DNA of 64,000 bases from an uncultured Acidobacteriota bacterium (GCA_963724485.1 CAVRUW010000018.1:66215-130214); one strand, 5' to 3'. Numbered from the stretch's first letter, positions 9,333-19,464 are shown. A program made the numbers and translations. The notes: a model not told the origin generated them from the letters alone.

Positions 9333-10441
9333 TGGACCTCGACGATCTGCTGAAGCTGGCGGTCCAGCGCGGGGCCTCAGACGTCCACCTCAAAGTGGGC
9401 AACGTCGCGATGGCCCGGGTGAATGGCCAGCTCCAGCCGATCGGCGATCGCAAGCTGGACGCTGGCGAGCTCGCGGCGATGGCAAGCGCCATCCTGCCGT
9501 CTTCCGTCAGCGATCGATTCGGACCCAATCAGGAGCTCGACTTCGCCCATAGCGTGTCGGGCGTCGGCCGTTTTCGCTGCAACGCGTTCCATCAGCGAGG
9601 CAGCATCGGGCTCGTCCTTCGTGTCATCCCCGTCAACATCAAACGTCTCGACGAGCTTGGACTGCCAGCGATCTTGAAAGAGATTGCGGAGGAAGAGCGC
9701 GGGCTGGTGTTGGTCACCGGCACCACCGGGAGCGGCAAGAGCAGCACGCTCGCGGCTATGCTCGATCACATCAACCGGTCACGACCCGGTCACATTGTCA
9801 CGGTCGAGGACCCCATCGAGTTCCTGCATCGCGACCAGTCCTGCATCGTGAATCAGCGTGAGATTGGCCAGGACACGCAATCGTTTGCGACCGCACTTCG
9901 GAGTGCGCTCCGTCAGGATCCCGATGTCATCTTCGTAGGCGAGATGCGGGACGTGGAAACCATCGAGACTGCCCTGCACGCCGCCGAGACCGGCCATCTG
10001 GTGCTCTCGAGCCTGCACACACTCGACGCCAAGGAAACGATCAACCGCATCATTTCGGTGTTCTCACCGCACCAACAGGCCCAGATTCGTCAGCAGCTCG
10101 CTGCAGTCTTGAAAGCAGCCATCGCACAACGGCTCTTGCCGACGGCCGATGGCAGTCGCCGAGTACCGGCGGTCGAAGTGCTGGTTGCGACACCGTACAT
10201 CCGCGATTGCATCGCGGATCCGCAAAAGACCGACCTCATTACCAACGCCTTGGCGCAAGGTACATCGCAGTACGGCACCCAGACTTTCGATCAGTCGATC
10301 TTCGGCCTGTACTCGGCTGGCATCGTCACTCTCGACGAAGCCTTACGCTGGACATCGAACCCCGACGAGTTCAAGCTCAAGGTTCAGGGGGTTTCGAGCA
10401 CTGCGGATCAGGCACCCTCGATCGAACGATTCAGCAACTGA
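9332..10441 (+). CDS. pilT: Type IV pilus twitching-motility ATPase PilT
   Basis: Walker A GTTGSGKSST, Asp box, Walker B and His box. The AIAQRLLP motif is typical of PilT. Confidence 0.9.
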   Translation: MDLDDLLKLAVQRGASDVHLKVGNVAMARVNGQLQPIGDRKLDAGELAAMASAILPSSVSDRFGPNQELDFAHSVSGVGRFRCNAFHQRGSIGLVLRVIPVNIKRLDELGLPAILKEIAEEERGLVLVTGTTGSGKSSTLAAMLDHINRSRPGHIVTVEDPIEFLHRDQSCIVNQREIGQDTQSFATALRSALRQDPDVIFVGEMRDVETIETALHAAETGHLVLSSLHTLDAKETINRIISVFSPHQQAQIRQQLAAVLKAAIAQRLLPTADGSRRVPAVEVLVATPYIRDCIADPQKTDLITNALAQGTSQYGTQTFDQSIFGLYSAGIVTLDEALRWTSNPDEFKLKVQGVSSTADQAPSIERFSN

Positions 10442-10454
10442 GAACCTCACAGGC

Positions 10455-10919
10455 GTGGACTGCTACACCGCCGCACTGACTCTGCTTTCCCGGCGCGAAC
10501 TTTCGACTCGACAGCTTCGCGATCGACTCGTCCGCCGGAAGTTCTCTGCCGACGAAATCGAGCCAGTGATTGCGCGGCTGACCCAGGACGGAACGCTGGA
10601 CGACCGGCGAGTGGCCCGCGCGTCCGCCCGTTCAGGCGCCGTCATCAAGCGGCGCGGACGGCGACGGGTGCTGCAAGAGGTCAAACAACTGGGGATTGGT
10701 GCGGCGACCGCGAAGGAAGCGGTAGATGACGTGTTCGCGGAAGTCGACGAGATCGCTCTTCTCGACCGAGCGATCGAGCGACGGCTCAAGGGCGTCGCCG
10801 CCGCCGATCTCGATCGGCAGGGCCGTGCTCGAGTCGTCCGCAGTCTGGTGGGTCAGGGTTTCGATGCATCGCAGGTCTACGCTCGCCTTCGGGCCAGGGG
10901 CGCCGAACGCGACGAGTAA
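10455..10919 (+). CDS. recX: Recombination regulator RecX
   Basis: ALTLLSRRELSTRQLRDRLVRRKF... matches the three-repeat RecX pattern. GTG at 10455 was chosen because the longer ORF overlaps pilT. Confidence 0.8.
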   Translation: MDCYTAALTLLSRRELSTRQLRDRLVRRKFSADEIEPVIARLTQDGTLDDRRVARASARSGAVIKRRGRRRVLQEVKQLGIGAATAKEAVDDVFAEVDEIALLDRAIERRLKGVAAADLDRQGRARVVRSLVGQGFDASQVYARLRARGAERDE

Positions 10920-10928
10920 AATAGAAGC

Positions 10929-13616
10929 GTGCACCCTAACGAGATCCGCGCGTCGTTTCTGAAATATTTCGAGCGCCACAATCACCGCGTCGTTCCGAGC
11001 TCACCGCTGGTCCCATCTGATGATCCGACGTTGCTCTTCACCAACGCCGGGATGAACCAGTTCAAGGACGTGTTTCTCGGGCGTGAGAAGCGGGACTATG
11101 CGCGCGCAGCCTCCTCACAGAAGTGCATGCGGGTCAGCGGCAAGCACAACGACCTCGACACCGTCGGTCCATCACAACGGCACCACACGTTTTTCGAAAT
11201 GCTCGGGAACTTTTCGTTCGGCGACTACTTCAAGACAGAGGCCATTCCGATGGCCTGGCAGCTGCTCGTGGACGAGTGGAAGCTCGATCCAAAACGACTC
11301 GTCGCGACCATCTTCAAGGGCGAGCAAGGCATTCCGCGTGACGACGAGGCGTACGACATCTGGCGACAGTTCCTGCCCGCCGAGCAGATCCACGAGCTCG
11401 GGATGAGCGACAACTTCTGGGCGATGGGCGACACCGGGCCCTGCGGACGCTGCTCCGAAATCTATTACGACCGTGGAACGGCCGTGCCAGGCACGGGTGA
11501 TTTCGTGGCCGATACCGCGAGCGGTTCCGAACGCTTCGTCGAGATCTGGAACAACGTCTTCATGGAATTCGAGCGGCAGGCCGATGGCACCCTGCGTGAC
11601 CTGCCCGCGCGCTCCATCGACACGGGCATGGGGCTCGAGCGCATTTCGGCGGTGCTGCAAGGCGTCCTGTCCAACTACGACACCGAGCTGTTCCAACCGA
11701 TCCTGCGCACGCTCTCGGCCATGGCCTCGCTCCCGTATCGGGGTGGCATGGACGCAAGCGACGTCTCGATGCGTGTGGTGGCGGACCATATCCGCGCCAC
11801 TACGTTTCTCATCGGCGATGGTGTCGTGCCGTCGAACGAATGGCGTGGCTACGTCCTTCGCAAGATCATGCGGCGTGCGATGCGGCATGGGCGGAAGCTG
11901 GGGTTGAAGGACCCGTTCATGTTCAAGCTCGTCGACGTGGTCGTCGACGAAATGGGCGGCGCCTACCCCGAGCTCCGTTCGAGCCGCGACACGATCGCCC
12001 AAGTCGTTCGAAGCGAGGAGGAGCGATTCGGCATCGTCCTCACCGAAGGCCTGCCAAGGCTCGAGGAAGTTCTCGAGCAGGCGGCCCGTGGCGACAAGGT
12101 CGTGCCCGGCGAAGAGGCGTTCAAGCTGTACGACACATACGGCCTACCCAGGGACTTCATCGAGGATCTGACCAGCGCTCAGGACCTGCGCTTCGATACC
12201 GATGGCTTCGAACAGGCCATGCAGCGACAACGTGAGATGGCGCGAGGCAAAAGCGCTTTCTCTGGCGCGCAGAAGGTTGCGTGGAACACTCGGCCGGAGG
12301 CCGGTGGGGACCTCCAGACACCAGACGATTTCCGCGGTTACGACTCCATCTCGGTCAATACGCAAATCATCGAGCTGCTCAAGGAATCCGATGATCAGCG
12401 AGTCCCCGTCGACGAGCTTCACGAGGGAGAGCATGGGTTTGTCGCGCTCGTAGCGACGCCTTTCTATCTCGAATCAGGCGGCCAGGTTTCGGACACCGGG
12501 TCATTGCAATCGCCCACCGCCGAAGCCCGAATCACGGGAGTCCTCAAGGCGGGAGCACTACGCCGATTCCATCGCGTCGAGGTCACGCGGGGCGTCCTGA
12601 GGTTCCGCGATCTGGTTACGGTCACCGTGGACGAGGCGCTTCGAGATGCGACGCGACGTAACCACACTGCCACCCATTTGTTGCACGCCGCTCTCCGCGC
12701 CGTACTCGGTGACCACGTGAAGCAAAAGGGCTCGCTCGTGGCACCAGATCGGTTGCGGTTCGACTTTGCGCACTTCAACCCAGTGACACCGGAGGAGCGA
12801 GCGAGAGTCGAACGGCTCGTTACCGAGCACATCGTCGCCAACACCCCAGTTGCGACTGACGTTCGGGATACGCAGGAAGCAATCGCTGCCGGCGCCATGG
12901 CACTCTTCGGCGAGAAGTACGGCGATCGGGTCCGCGTGGTGACCATTCCCGGATTCAGTGTCGAGTTGTGCGGAGGCACTCACGTGCGCTCGACTGGCGA
13001 TATTGGTCCGTTCTTCATCACCGAGGAATCCGGCGTGTCAGCGGGCGTCCGCCGGATCGAAGCCGTCACCGGTCTTGGCGCTTATGACCATGCCAGGACG
13101 AGACTCACCCAGTTTGATGGTGCGCTCGGCTTGCTTGGCGCAAGACCGGACGGACTGGTCGAGACGATCTCCCTTCACCTCGCGTCAGAGTCAAAGTTGC
13201 GCAAAGAGGTCCAGCAGCTCAAGACGCGCTTAGCGGTTGGCGGCGGCGCAGCCGGAGAATCCGATGATCGCGTCGACATCAAAGGCGTGACGTTCATCGC
13301 GCGACGTGTCGAAGATACCGACAAAGAATCGCTGCGCGCGCTTGCGGACGCGCTGAAGTCGAAGCTGAAGACGGGCATCATCTTTTTGGCTGCGCCGTCC
13401 GCCGAGGGACGGGTCGCAATCATTGCGTCAGTGACGCAGGATCTCACCAAGCGCACCCCCGCGGGTCAGTTGGTCAAACAGCTCGCACCCATCGTCGGTG
13501 GCGCGGGCGGCGGCCGACCAGACTTCGCAGAAGCGGGCGGCAAGGACGCATCCAAGATCAACGAATTGCTGATCGCCAGCCGCCGGCTGGTTGAAGAGCT
13601 GTTGGCCACTTCCTGA
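10929..13616 (+). CDS. alaS: Alanine--tRNA ligase
   Basis: 895 aa. Class II core (FTNAGMNQFK, QKCMR..GKHNDL), editing-domain HTATHLL...CGGTH, and a C-terminal DHHA1 domain. Confidence 0.97.
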   Translation: MHPNEIRASFLKYFERHNHRVVPSSPLVPSDDPTLLFTNAGMNQFKDVFLGREKRDYARAASSQKCMRVSGKHNDLDTVGPSQRHHTFFEMLGNFSFGDYFKTEAIPMAWQLLVDEWKLDPKRLVATIFKGEQGIPRDDEAYDIWRQFLPAEQIHELGMSDNFWAMGDTGPCGRCSEIYYDRGTAVPGTGDFVADTASGSERFVEIWNNVFMEFERQADGTLRDLPARSIDTGMGLERISAVLQGVLSNYDTELFQPILRTLSAMASLPYRGGMDASDVSMRVVADHIRATTFLIGDGVVPSNEWRGYVLRKIMRRAMRHGRKLGLKDPFMFKLVDVVVDEMGGAYPELRSSRDTIAQVVRSEEERFGIVLTEGLPRLEEVLEQAARGDKVVPGEEAFKLYDTYGLPRDFIEDLTSAQDLRFDTDGFEQAMQRQREMARGKSAFSGAQKVAWNTRPEAGGDLQTPDDFRGYDSISVNTQIIELLKESDDQRVPVDELHEGEHGFVALVATPFYLESGGQVSDTGSLQSPTAEARITGVLKAGALRRFHRVEVTRGVLRFRDLVTVTVDEALRDATRRNHTATHLLHAALRAVLGDHVKQKGSLVAPDRLRFDFAHFNPVTPEERARVERLVTEHIVANTPVATDVRDTQEAIAAGAMALFGEKYGDRVRVVTIPGFSVELCGGTHVRSTGDIGPFFITEESGVSAGVRRIEAVTGLGAYDHARTRLTQFDGALGLLGARPDGLVETISLHLASESKLRKEVQQLKTRLAVGGGAAGESDDRVDIKGVTFIARRVEDTDKESLRALADALKSKLKTGIIFLAAPSAEGRVAIIASVTQDLTKRTPAGQLVKQLAPIVGGAGGGRPDFAEAGGKDASKINELLIASRRLVEELLATS

Positions 13617-13677
13617 CGGGCCGATACCCCTTTACGAGAATCCTCGCGCGCCCCTCGTCGCGCGATTTCCTGCAACC

Positions 13678-14382
13678 ATGCGCAGTCTCTGGCTTCTGCC
13701 GTTCGTCTGCCTCGCGATGGCCCAACCGGCCTTTGCGCAGATCTACACCTGGCGCGACGATGCCGGGCATCTGGTGCTGTCGAACAAACCGCAGGCTGGC
13801 GCCACAGAGGTGGCAACCTATGCCGTTCCCGGCCGGTCGATGATGCGCACGACGACACCGCCGGCGAAGGCTCAGACGCGCGCACGGTACGACGATCTGA
13901 TCGAGCAACATGCCGCCAACCACGGCCTGTCACCCGACTTGGTGCGAGCAGTGATTCAAGCCGAGTCCGGGTTCAACCCACGCGCGATTTCTGCGAAGGG
14001 CGCCATGGGCCTGATGCAGTTGATGCCGGCCACGGCCCGCGAACTGGGCGTCAACGACCCGTTCCGTCCGGACGACAACATCCGCGGAGGCGTCTCCTAT
14101 CTCGCGCAGCTGATGACCCGCTACAACCAGAATCTCGAGCTTGCCCTCGCCGCTTACAACGCCGGCCCTGGCAACGTCGAGCGCTACGGGGCCGTGCCAC
14201 CCTTCCGCGAGACTCGCGCCTATGTGAAGAAGATTACGGGCGCCACATCTTCGAGCAAGCCCCCGGCGCCGCGTGGGCCGGTCATCTACAAGTGGGTGGA
14301 AGTCGTGGATGGCAAGTCGCGCACCCGCTACTCGAATATCCCGCCTCGGGAAGGCGAATACGAGATCGTCGGACGACGATAA
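13678..14382 (+). CDS. Lytic transglycosylase (SLT domain) with a signal peptide and DUF4124-like terminal segments
   Basis: Signal MRSLWLLPFVCLAMAQPAFA. SLT catalytic region QAESGFNPRAISAKGAMGLMQLMPATA...AYNAGPGNV. IYTWRDDAGHLVLSN and IYKWVEVVDGKSRTRYSN at the ends. Confidence 0.8.
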   Translation: MRSLWLLPFVCLAMAQPAFAQIYTWRDDAGHLVLSNKPQAGATEVATYAVPGRSMMRTTTPPAKAQTRARYDDLIEQHAANHGLSPDLVRAVIQAESGFNPRAISAKGAMGLMQLMPATARELGVNDPFRPDDNIRGGVSYLAQLMTRYNQNLELALAAYNAGPGNVERYGAVPPFRETRAYVKKITGATSSSKPPAPRGPVIYKWVEVVDGKSRTRYSNIPPREGEYEIVGRR

Positions 14383-14392
14383 GCTCCACTGA

Positions 14393-14556
14393 GGTTCTCC
14401 GCGGAGGTTCTACACAAAGGTTCTACACAAGGGTTCGCCGTTGGTGCGAACCGTCGAAAAGAACCACCCCAAGAACCTCCGTCAAGAAGCTCCGTGGAGA
14501 ACCCTCCGTGGAGAACCTCCGTTAAGAACCTCAGTGACGAACCATCGGCTAGAACC
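14393..14556. repeat. 13-unit phased array: 4 x GGTTC then 9 x GAACC (one is GAAGC), period 13 bp, palindromic about roughly 14442
   Basis: GGTTC starts at 14393, 14406, 14419 and 14432. GAACC starts at 14448, 14461, 14473, 14486, 14499, 14513, 14526, 14539 and 14552. Units such as GAACCTCCGTCAA/GAACCTCCGTTAA are nearly identical to the hrcA-upstream units. Confidence 0.85.
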
Positions 14557-14611
14557 GTGTAAAATAGTGGATTCAGTCGGCTCCCTGACAGGAGCCCTAG
14601 AGGACTAATCT

Positions 14612-14872
14612 GTGGCAAAGCGAAACAAGTCGGCTCTGAAGGCAAACCGGCAGAACGTCAAGCGCCGAGAGGCCAATCGGCGCCTCCGCTCGAAGCTCCG
14701 TACGGGGCTCAAGACCCTCCGGAAGACCGTGGACAGCACTGACAAGGCAGCCGCCAGCACCGCCCTGCAAGGGGCGCAGTCACTGGTCGATCGAATGGCG
14801 ACCAAGGGCATGATCCACCGGAACACGGCCGCCCGTTACAAGTCCCGCCTGTCTGCCCGCGTCGCCAAGTAG
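14612..14872 (+). CDS. rpsT: 30S ribosomal protein S20
   Basis: AKRNKSALKANRQNVKRREANRRLRSKLRT... is the typical S20 N-terminus. GTG start, with GAGGA about 10 nt upstream. Confidence 0.9.
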   Translation: MAKRNKSALKANRQNVKRREANRRLRSKLRTGLKTLRKTVDSTDKAAASTALQGAQSLVDRMATKGMIHRNTAARYKSRLSARVAK

Positions 14873-15136
14873 TTTTGCAATCGGCAGGCCGCGGAAGCCG
14901 ATCCGCGAAATAGGATCTGCGGAACAACAGGATCGACTGGGCGTTCGGTTCGATCGTGGACTTACCGGGCCTTTCGATTCTTCCATGGAATATGGAATCC
15001 GTGCATTCGCACATTGTCTGCGAAACGATGGACACGCTGAGGTTGGTCTTCCCTGAGTGTCGGCGTTCGAATCCGATTCTCCTCACCTTCATTGGCTCTT
15101 CGAGCTGATTTTTGAGGCTCCTCAGCACTAAGCTTG

Positions 15137-15180
15137 TGAAGGTGAAATCAAGGTGCGCCCACCAGGAGCGCCCACCACCA
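15137..15180. repeat. Small word palindrome: AAGGTG x2 then GCGCCCACC x2 (GGTG/CACC words)
   Basis: gtgAAGGTGaaatcAAGGTGcGCCCACCaggagcGCCCACCacca, read directly from the sequence. Confidence 0.5.
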
Positions 15181-15892
15181 TGACGTCCTCGTAGCGATTC
15201 GCCTTTCGCACGCTTACCGAGGGGCGACGCCGCGGCAATCCTGGGATGTGAAATCGACTTGCCCGGCCAGTTCGAAATTGTGGACTCCGCTGGTTTAGCC
15301 TCGAACCAGCAACCCTCCGGTTAACAGGTCATGCAGGTGTTTGAACTCGTGGGTTCTTCGTGTCGGTAGCTCGGACGGGGCCCTGCTGTTACCCGGTGTT
15401 CGGGAGCAAATTGTTCACGATTGTTACCGAGCCTCTTGAGGGCCCAGGCCCGAAACTGCTGGTTCGAATCGCGGGCGTGCAACGGGCGGGTACTTGCGCT
15501 TGTGGAGCGTGGCGCGCGAGCTATTTCAGGGGCTCTCGGCAAAGGCTCCCCGTCCGAGCATTCACGTGTCATCCGAATCCCACCCGGAAGTCAGATCGCC
15601 GGTCGATTCTTGCGGTACGAGTTCGTGATGGCGATCTTGGCGTCGCGAATGACGTAGCTTCAGGAAACGATCGTTCGAGTAGAACCGCAAGTCCGGGAAC
15701 TTCTGATCGCGGAGAGGAATCAGGCCGCCAGCGCAACGTGGGCTCCGAGAACTTCCCAACGTGCGCAACCGCTGTCACATTGCCTATGCGCAAGCCGATC
15801 CGCCGCAGATTGGGCCTCCTCCAGCGAATGGTAGTGGTACGTGCTCTCAGTTTTGATTACCAAACATTAGCGCTGCGCCAGAACTGCCCACG

Positions 15893-17234
15893 TTAGCGGA
15901 CAACTAGTTGTTGTTCGGCCGATAGCCCACTGGCGCCAATGGCGTTGACTCCCCGCACACGAACGTAGTACGTGCCGGGCGGTACAGCATCGAGCGTGAA
16001 CATCGTCTGATCGGAATCCGTGAGAAGGGTGGCTACGACGCGGCCTCCTGGTTGGAGGCTCGCGTCAATCGCGTATGTGTTGGCTGCGGGCGAATGCGCC
16101 GCCAATTGCCATGAGAGTGTCACGCGGCGGTTCGTCGCGCTGACCTTGACGTTCTCAGGCGGAAGCGGAGGCGACGCGATGCCCACACCCGGGAATAACC
16201 CACACGTGCTGGAATAACTAGAGCGCTCAACGGCGCGCATCTGTACATCGATCAGCACTGCTAAACACCGGGCGCCGGGACGAATGTCCCAATTCGCAAT
16301 CGCGACAGCTTTGCGACCATCGGGAGTAAACACAAGGGATGAAAGTGGAATGGGGGCTGATGCGACGTTCGTCAATGTGTCAAATCGGTAAATGCGAGTC
16401 TCCCCAGCTTCGCCGGTAGTGAAGTCAGTGAACAGGAAGCCGGCATATATTTCAGTCCGGGTAGCATTCACGCTCAGGCTCCCAAACCGAGCATGTGCGC
16501 AGCAAGGGGGACCCGTCGGCACGCTGCCCAAGCCGAGCGGCTGCCCCGTCTGTCCGTCATATACAGCAAGAGAAAACTCAAACGGGGACCGATCGCTGAG
16601 TGTCACAAGTCTCGAGCCATCCCCATTTACTTCGATCAGCGACCAAGAATGCGGCTGCGGAAGCACAATCTCACGAACGATTGCTTCCCGCTGCGTGTCA
16701 AACACCTGTACGCGGCCGTCCCCGCACGCGACGAACAACTTAGAGCCATCGAGAGTGATGGCCATGTCACCCGCGCAGGCTGGAGTCTGGCGGAAGCCCG
16801 ACGACTCGATGATGATGAGGCCGACGGTCGTCGCGGCAAACAGCATCGGTTTCCGCGGGTGCCCGACCACGTCCCCTGCAAATCCACCAGGCAATTCACC
16901 TTTCAGGACCGAGCCTGTGACCAGATCGCGCGCGACGAAGCCACCATGTATCAGGAATTGCTGGATGATCTTTCCTGCCATCCACACGACAAGCCGTCCA
17001 TCCGAACTGATCGCTGGCGCGCCGTACCAGTACCCACCCGTCCAGCGGCGGGGTGAGGGCAGACATCACCCAATTCACCGCGCCCGAATCCAAGTCGATG
17101 TCGGTGATTTGTCCCCGATCGTTGAGAGTACCGCCGAAATTCGTGAGAATGACATGTGTCTGGGCGTGGACAGATGTCGTGGCCAGTACGAGGACCAGCA
17201 GGGCCGAGTTCACTGAGCAGAAGAGACGTATCAT
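15893..17234 (-). CDS. Secreted beta-propeller repeat protein with a C-terminal fibronectin type III domain; frame broken near 17030-17046
   Basis: The signal peptide MIRLFCSVNSALLVLVLATTSVHAQ (frame of ORF 16896..17297) continues in another frame as YWYGAPAISSDGRLVVWMAG... (ORF 15893..16987). The C-terminal FN3-like region reads PPENVKVSATNRRVTLSWQ...PPGTYYVRVRGVNAIGASG. Confidence 0.65.
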
Positions 17235-17347
17235 TCGCAAACCTCTCCCTCCGGCGGCGTGTCCTTGCGTAGAAGGAGCATCGGCGGGATGAATCAAGCC
17301 TTCACCGCAGGAGTCTACGACACTTCGATTGCGTCAGATCGGACACC

Positions 17348-17553
17348 ATGGCCAAGAAGACCACACGCAAGACCGACAGGCCGCAGCCAAACGAGAACTG
17401 ATCGACACTGGCAGCGACAAGCGATACGTGCGCCGCGGTGCAAAGGGCCGCTTCAAGTAATCCGACGATGTCGGCAAGTCGCTCACGTCGGATCGCCGTC
17501 GAAAGGCCAAGATCAAGGCGAAACGCGGTCAAGGCGATCGCGGGGATCGCTGA
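17348..17553 (+). pseudogene. Small basic conserved hypothetical protein, disrupted by one frameshift and one in-frame TAA
   Basis: MAKKTTRKTDR.. (frame 1), then AAAKRELIDTGSDKRYVRRGAKGRFK-TAA(17458)-SDDVGKSLTSDRRRKAKIKAKRGQGDRGDR-stop in the next frame. The joined sequence resembles a small lysine/arginine-rich family recalled from other bacteria; the family identity is from memory only. Confidence 0.45.
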
Positions 17554-17914
17554 CCATCGCTGTCCTTGAAGCAGGAAGCAGCTTCTGATCGCTCTCCAGG
17601 CGCGACTCGAGTGATCGCAGTCTCGAGTGTGACGAGTCTGCCAGTGCTGCATTCTCGTCCTCGAGGTACGCCTGTAGTACGAGAGCCCGCACTCGTTCCT
17701 GCGCCGCACATCAGCGACCTTGCGCAGCAACGCAAAGCTGCCGCGATCACCCTTGACTGTGTACTGGTGGGCTGGGAAGGTGACGTTGCGGCCGGTGCCG
17801 CTCCGTCGCTCCCAGAGGGAGAACCCGATCAGATTCAAGCCGCCGAGCACGACGTCGGTGAAACGCAGCCGGCATCCGCGAGTTTGCCGGGCGGGTCAGG
17901 CCGCCTGTCAAGGG

Positions 17915-19169
17915 CTACGAACCGGCCTCGGCCGTTACTTGTGGCGAGGCGAAGCGCGTCCGATTGCCACTTAAGGTCGTGCCAATGAAGGTGTAGCGCA
18001 CGAAGACCTGATACGTCACGAGACAGAAGCTCATGGCGCCACAAACGATGACCGCATACTTCGTGGCGCCAGGCCATGCGACACGCGCTAGGAGTATCTG
18101 CAGTATGACCACGATTGGCAGATGCACCAGATAGCACCAGTAGGACGCGTCAGCCAGCCATCGCACCCACACACGCGGCCGAGAGAGATATCGCACGAAA
18201 CAACCGATGAACAGGAGCGTGAGCTCCCACGTGAGGACTGCACCGCAATAGAGGCTGATAACCCTCAAACCGGGGTCTATCATGTGATCGAGCACTTCGC
18301 GTGCGGCCAAGAAGGCGCATGGAACTGCTGCTATGACGACGATGACGAGCCCGGTCGGGAGCCGATGCCCAAGCTCCGACACGAGGTCACGTCGCCGGTG
18401 GAGAAACCAGCCAACAGCGAGAAACATCCCGTAGTACGCAAGTAGCCGTGGTTGCGGCACCACGCTCAGCGGCGTGTCCGGTAATCCGGGCAGCTCCATG
18501 AACCATAGAACCGATGCCATCGGTAAGGCCATCACGAACGAGAGATACCGTCGCTGGATCGCGCCAGCGAACTGGCTATCGACTCTGCTCGTGAGACGTT
18601 CGACCGATGAATGACGCAGCATCCAAATGATACCGATGACAATCGCGAGTAGTGACAGCCAAATAGTAGAGAAACCAGAGGTGGGCTAGTGACGACACCA
18701 TCGCCGCTCCCATGTCGAAGCGAGGCAGTGCATAACCCGAGGGCTGCACATATCCCGGGATTGCTTGGGAGCCACCCCAGCGCCAGAGTGCGTCGAGTGC
18801 CGGCGACAACAACGGGAGCGCCACGACGAGCGGAACGACAATCCGCTGCACGCGATGCAAGACGAAACCTCCGATCCCCAGACGCACATAGATCAGCCGC
18901 GCGAAGAAACCCGAAAGGAGAAAGAACACCGGCATCCGGAACAGATGGATGACGCCTATAAAGAGATCTGCCGTGATGTTCGCTGAGGGATCCCGGACAG
19001 CCCAGCCGATTGGAGTGACCACGAATGAAGCCGCGGCGTGGAGAAGAACTCCAAGCGACATCGCAGCTGCACGACACGCGTCCAGTGCGTGGAATCTTTC
19101 AGTCGCCGGCACGCATATCACCTTGGAGACAAAGGCAGCATGTTCACGTGAGCCGAGAGCCGATCTCAC
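17915..19169 (-). CDS. Acyltransferase family 3 (integral-membrane O-acyltransferase); frame broken near 18655-18670
   Basis: The N-terminal part RFHALDACRAAAMSLGVLLH...FRMPVFFLLSGFF...HLWFLYYL (ORF 18576..19169) continues in another frame as LSLLAIVIGIIWMLRH...multi-TM...SYWCYLVHLPIV (ORF 17915..18622). Confidence 0.7.
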
Positions 19170-19436
19170 TCTTCACTCCGAGCGCGCTCGCCATTGTGAC
19201 ATAAGGGTGAAACGCAACTCTCAGCAACAAATTGACAGGACCTTCACATCTCGAATGGAGCCTGAACAGGTACAGCCACGGTCGAGACGGTTCAGGTGGG
19301 TCGCAATAGCTACAGCGAGCAGCGACATCACTTCGGCGCTGTCGTATCCCGACAGGCCGCAAAGTCGAAGCGGTCACATCACTTGCTCTCGCGAGCGGTC
19401 AAATCATGTACCCGCTATATTGTGTTCTGTGGGTGG

Positions 19437-19464
19437 TTGACAGGCGCGCGATCGTAGGGATAAT
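19437..19464 (+). promoter_or_regulatory. Sigma70-like promoter candidate for the ligase gene (TTGACA-16-GATAAT)
   Basis: TTGACA at 19437-19442 and GATAAT at 19459-19464, 50 nt upstream of the ATG at 19515. Confidence 0.3.

Noticed and set aside
14393-14556. CRISPR array as an explanation for the periodic repeats here and at 68-145, 1718-1784, 54918-54962 and 62743-62827.
   Set aside because: Periods of 7-13 bp and 4-5 nt conserved words are far below CRISPR repeat/spacer dimensions, and there are no cas genes in the window.
15689-15700. AAGTCCGGG string resembling the RNase P RNA conserved GAGGAAAGTCCGGGC motif.
   Set aside because: None of the other universally conserved RNase P blocks are present nearby, so this is an isolated short match.
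15065-15734. Possible tRNA or tmRNA. Evidence considered: T-loop-like GTTCGAATCC (15065-15074) and GGTTCGAATC (15461-15470), plus a minus-strand reading frame ending ...AHVALAA-stop (15720-15734) reminiscent of an ssrA tag.
   Set aside because: The bases flanking both T-loops cannot form the 5-bp T-stem or an acceptor stem. The tag-like frame is on the opposite strand from the T-loops. No GGGG...TTCGAC-type tmRNA 5' end or CCA end was found.
17560-17914. Possible degraded gene on the minus strand (FTDVVLGGLNLIGFSLWERRSGTGRNVTFPAHQYTVKGD..., followed in another frame by a coiled-coil-like ERVRALVLQAYLEDENAALADS...).
   Set aside because: The family could not be recognised and the fragments are short, so it is left unannotated.
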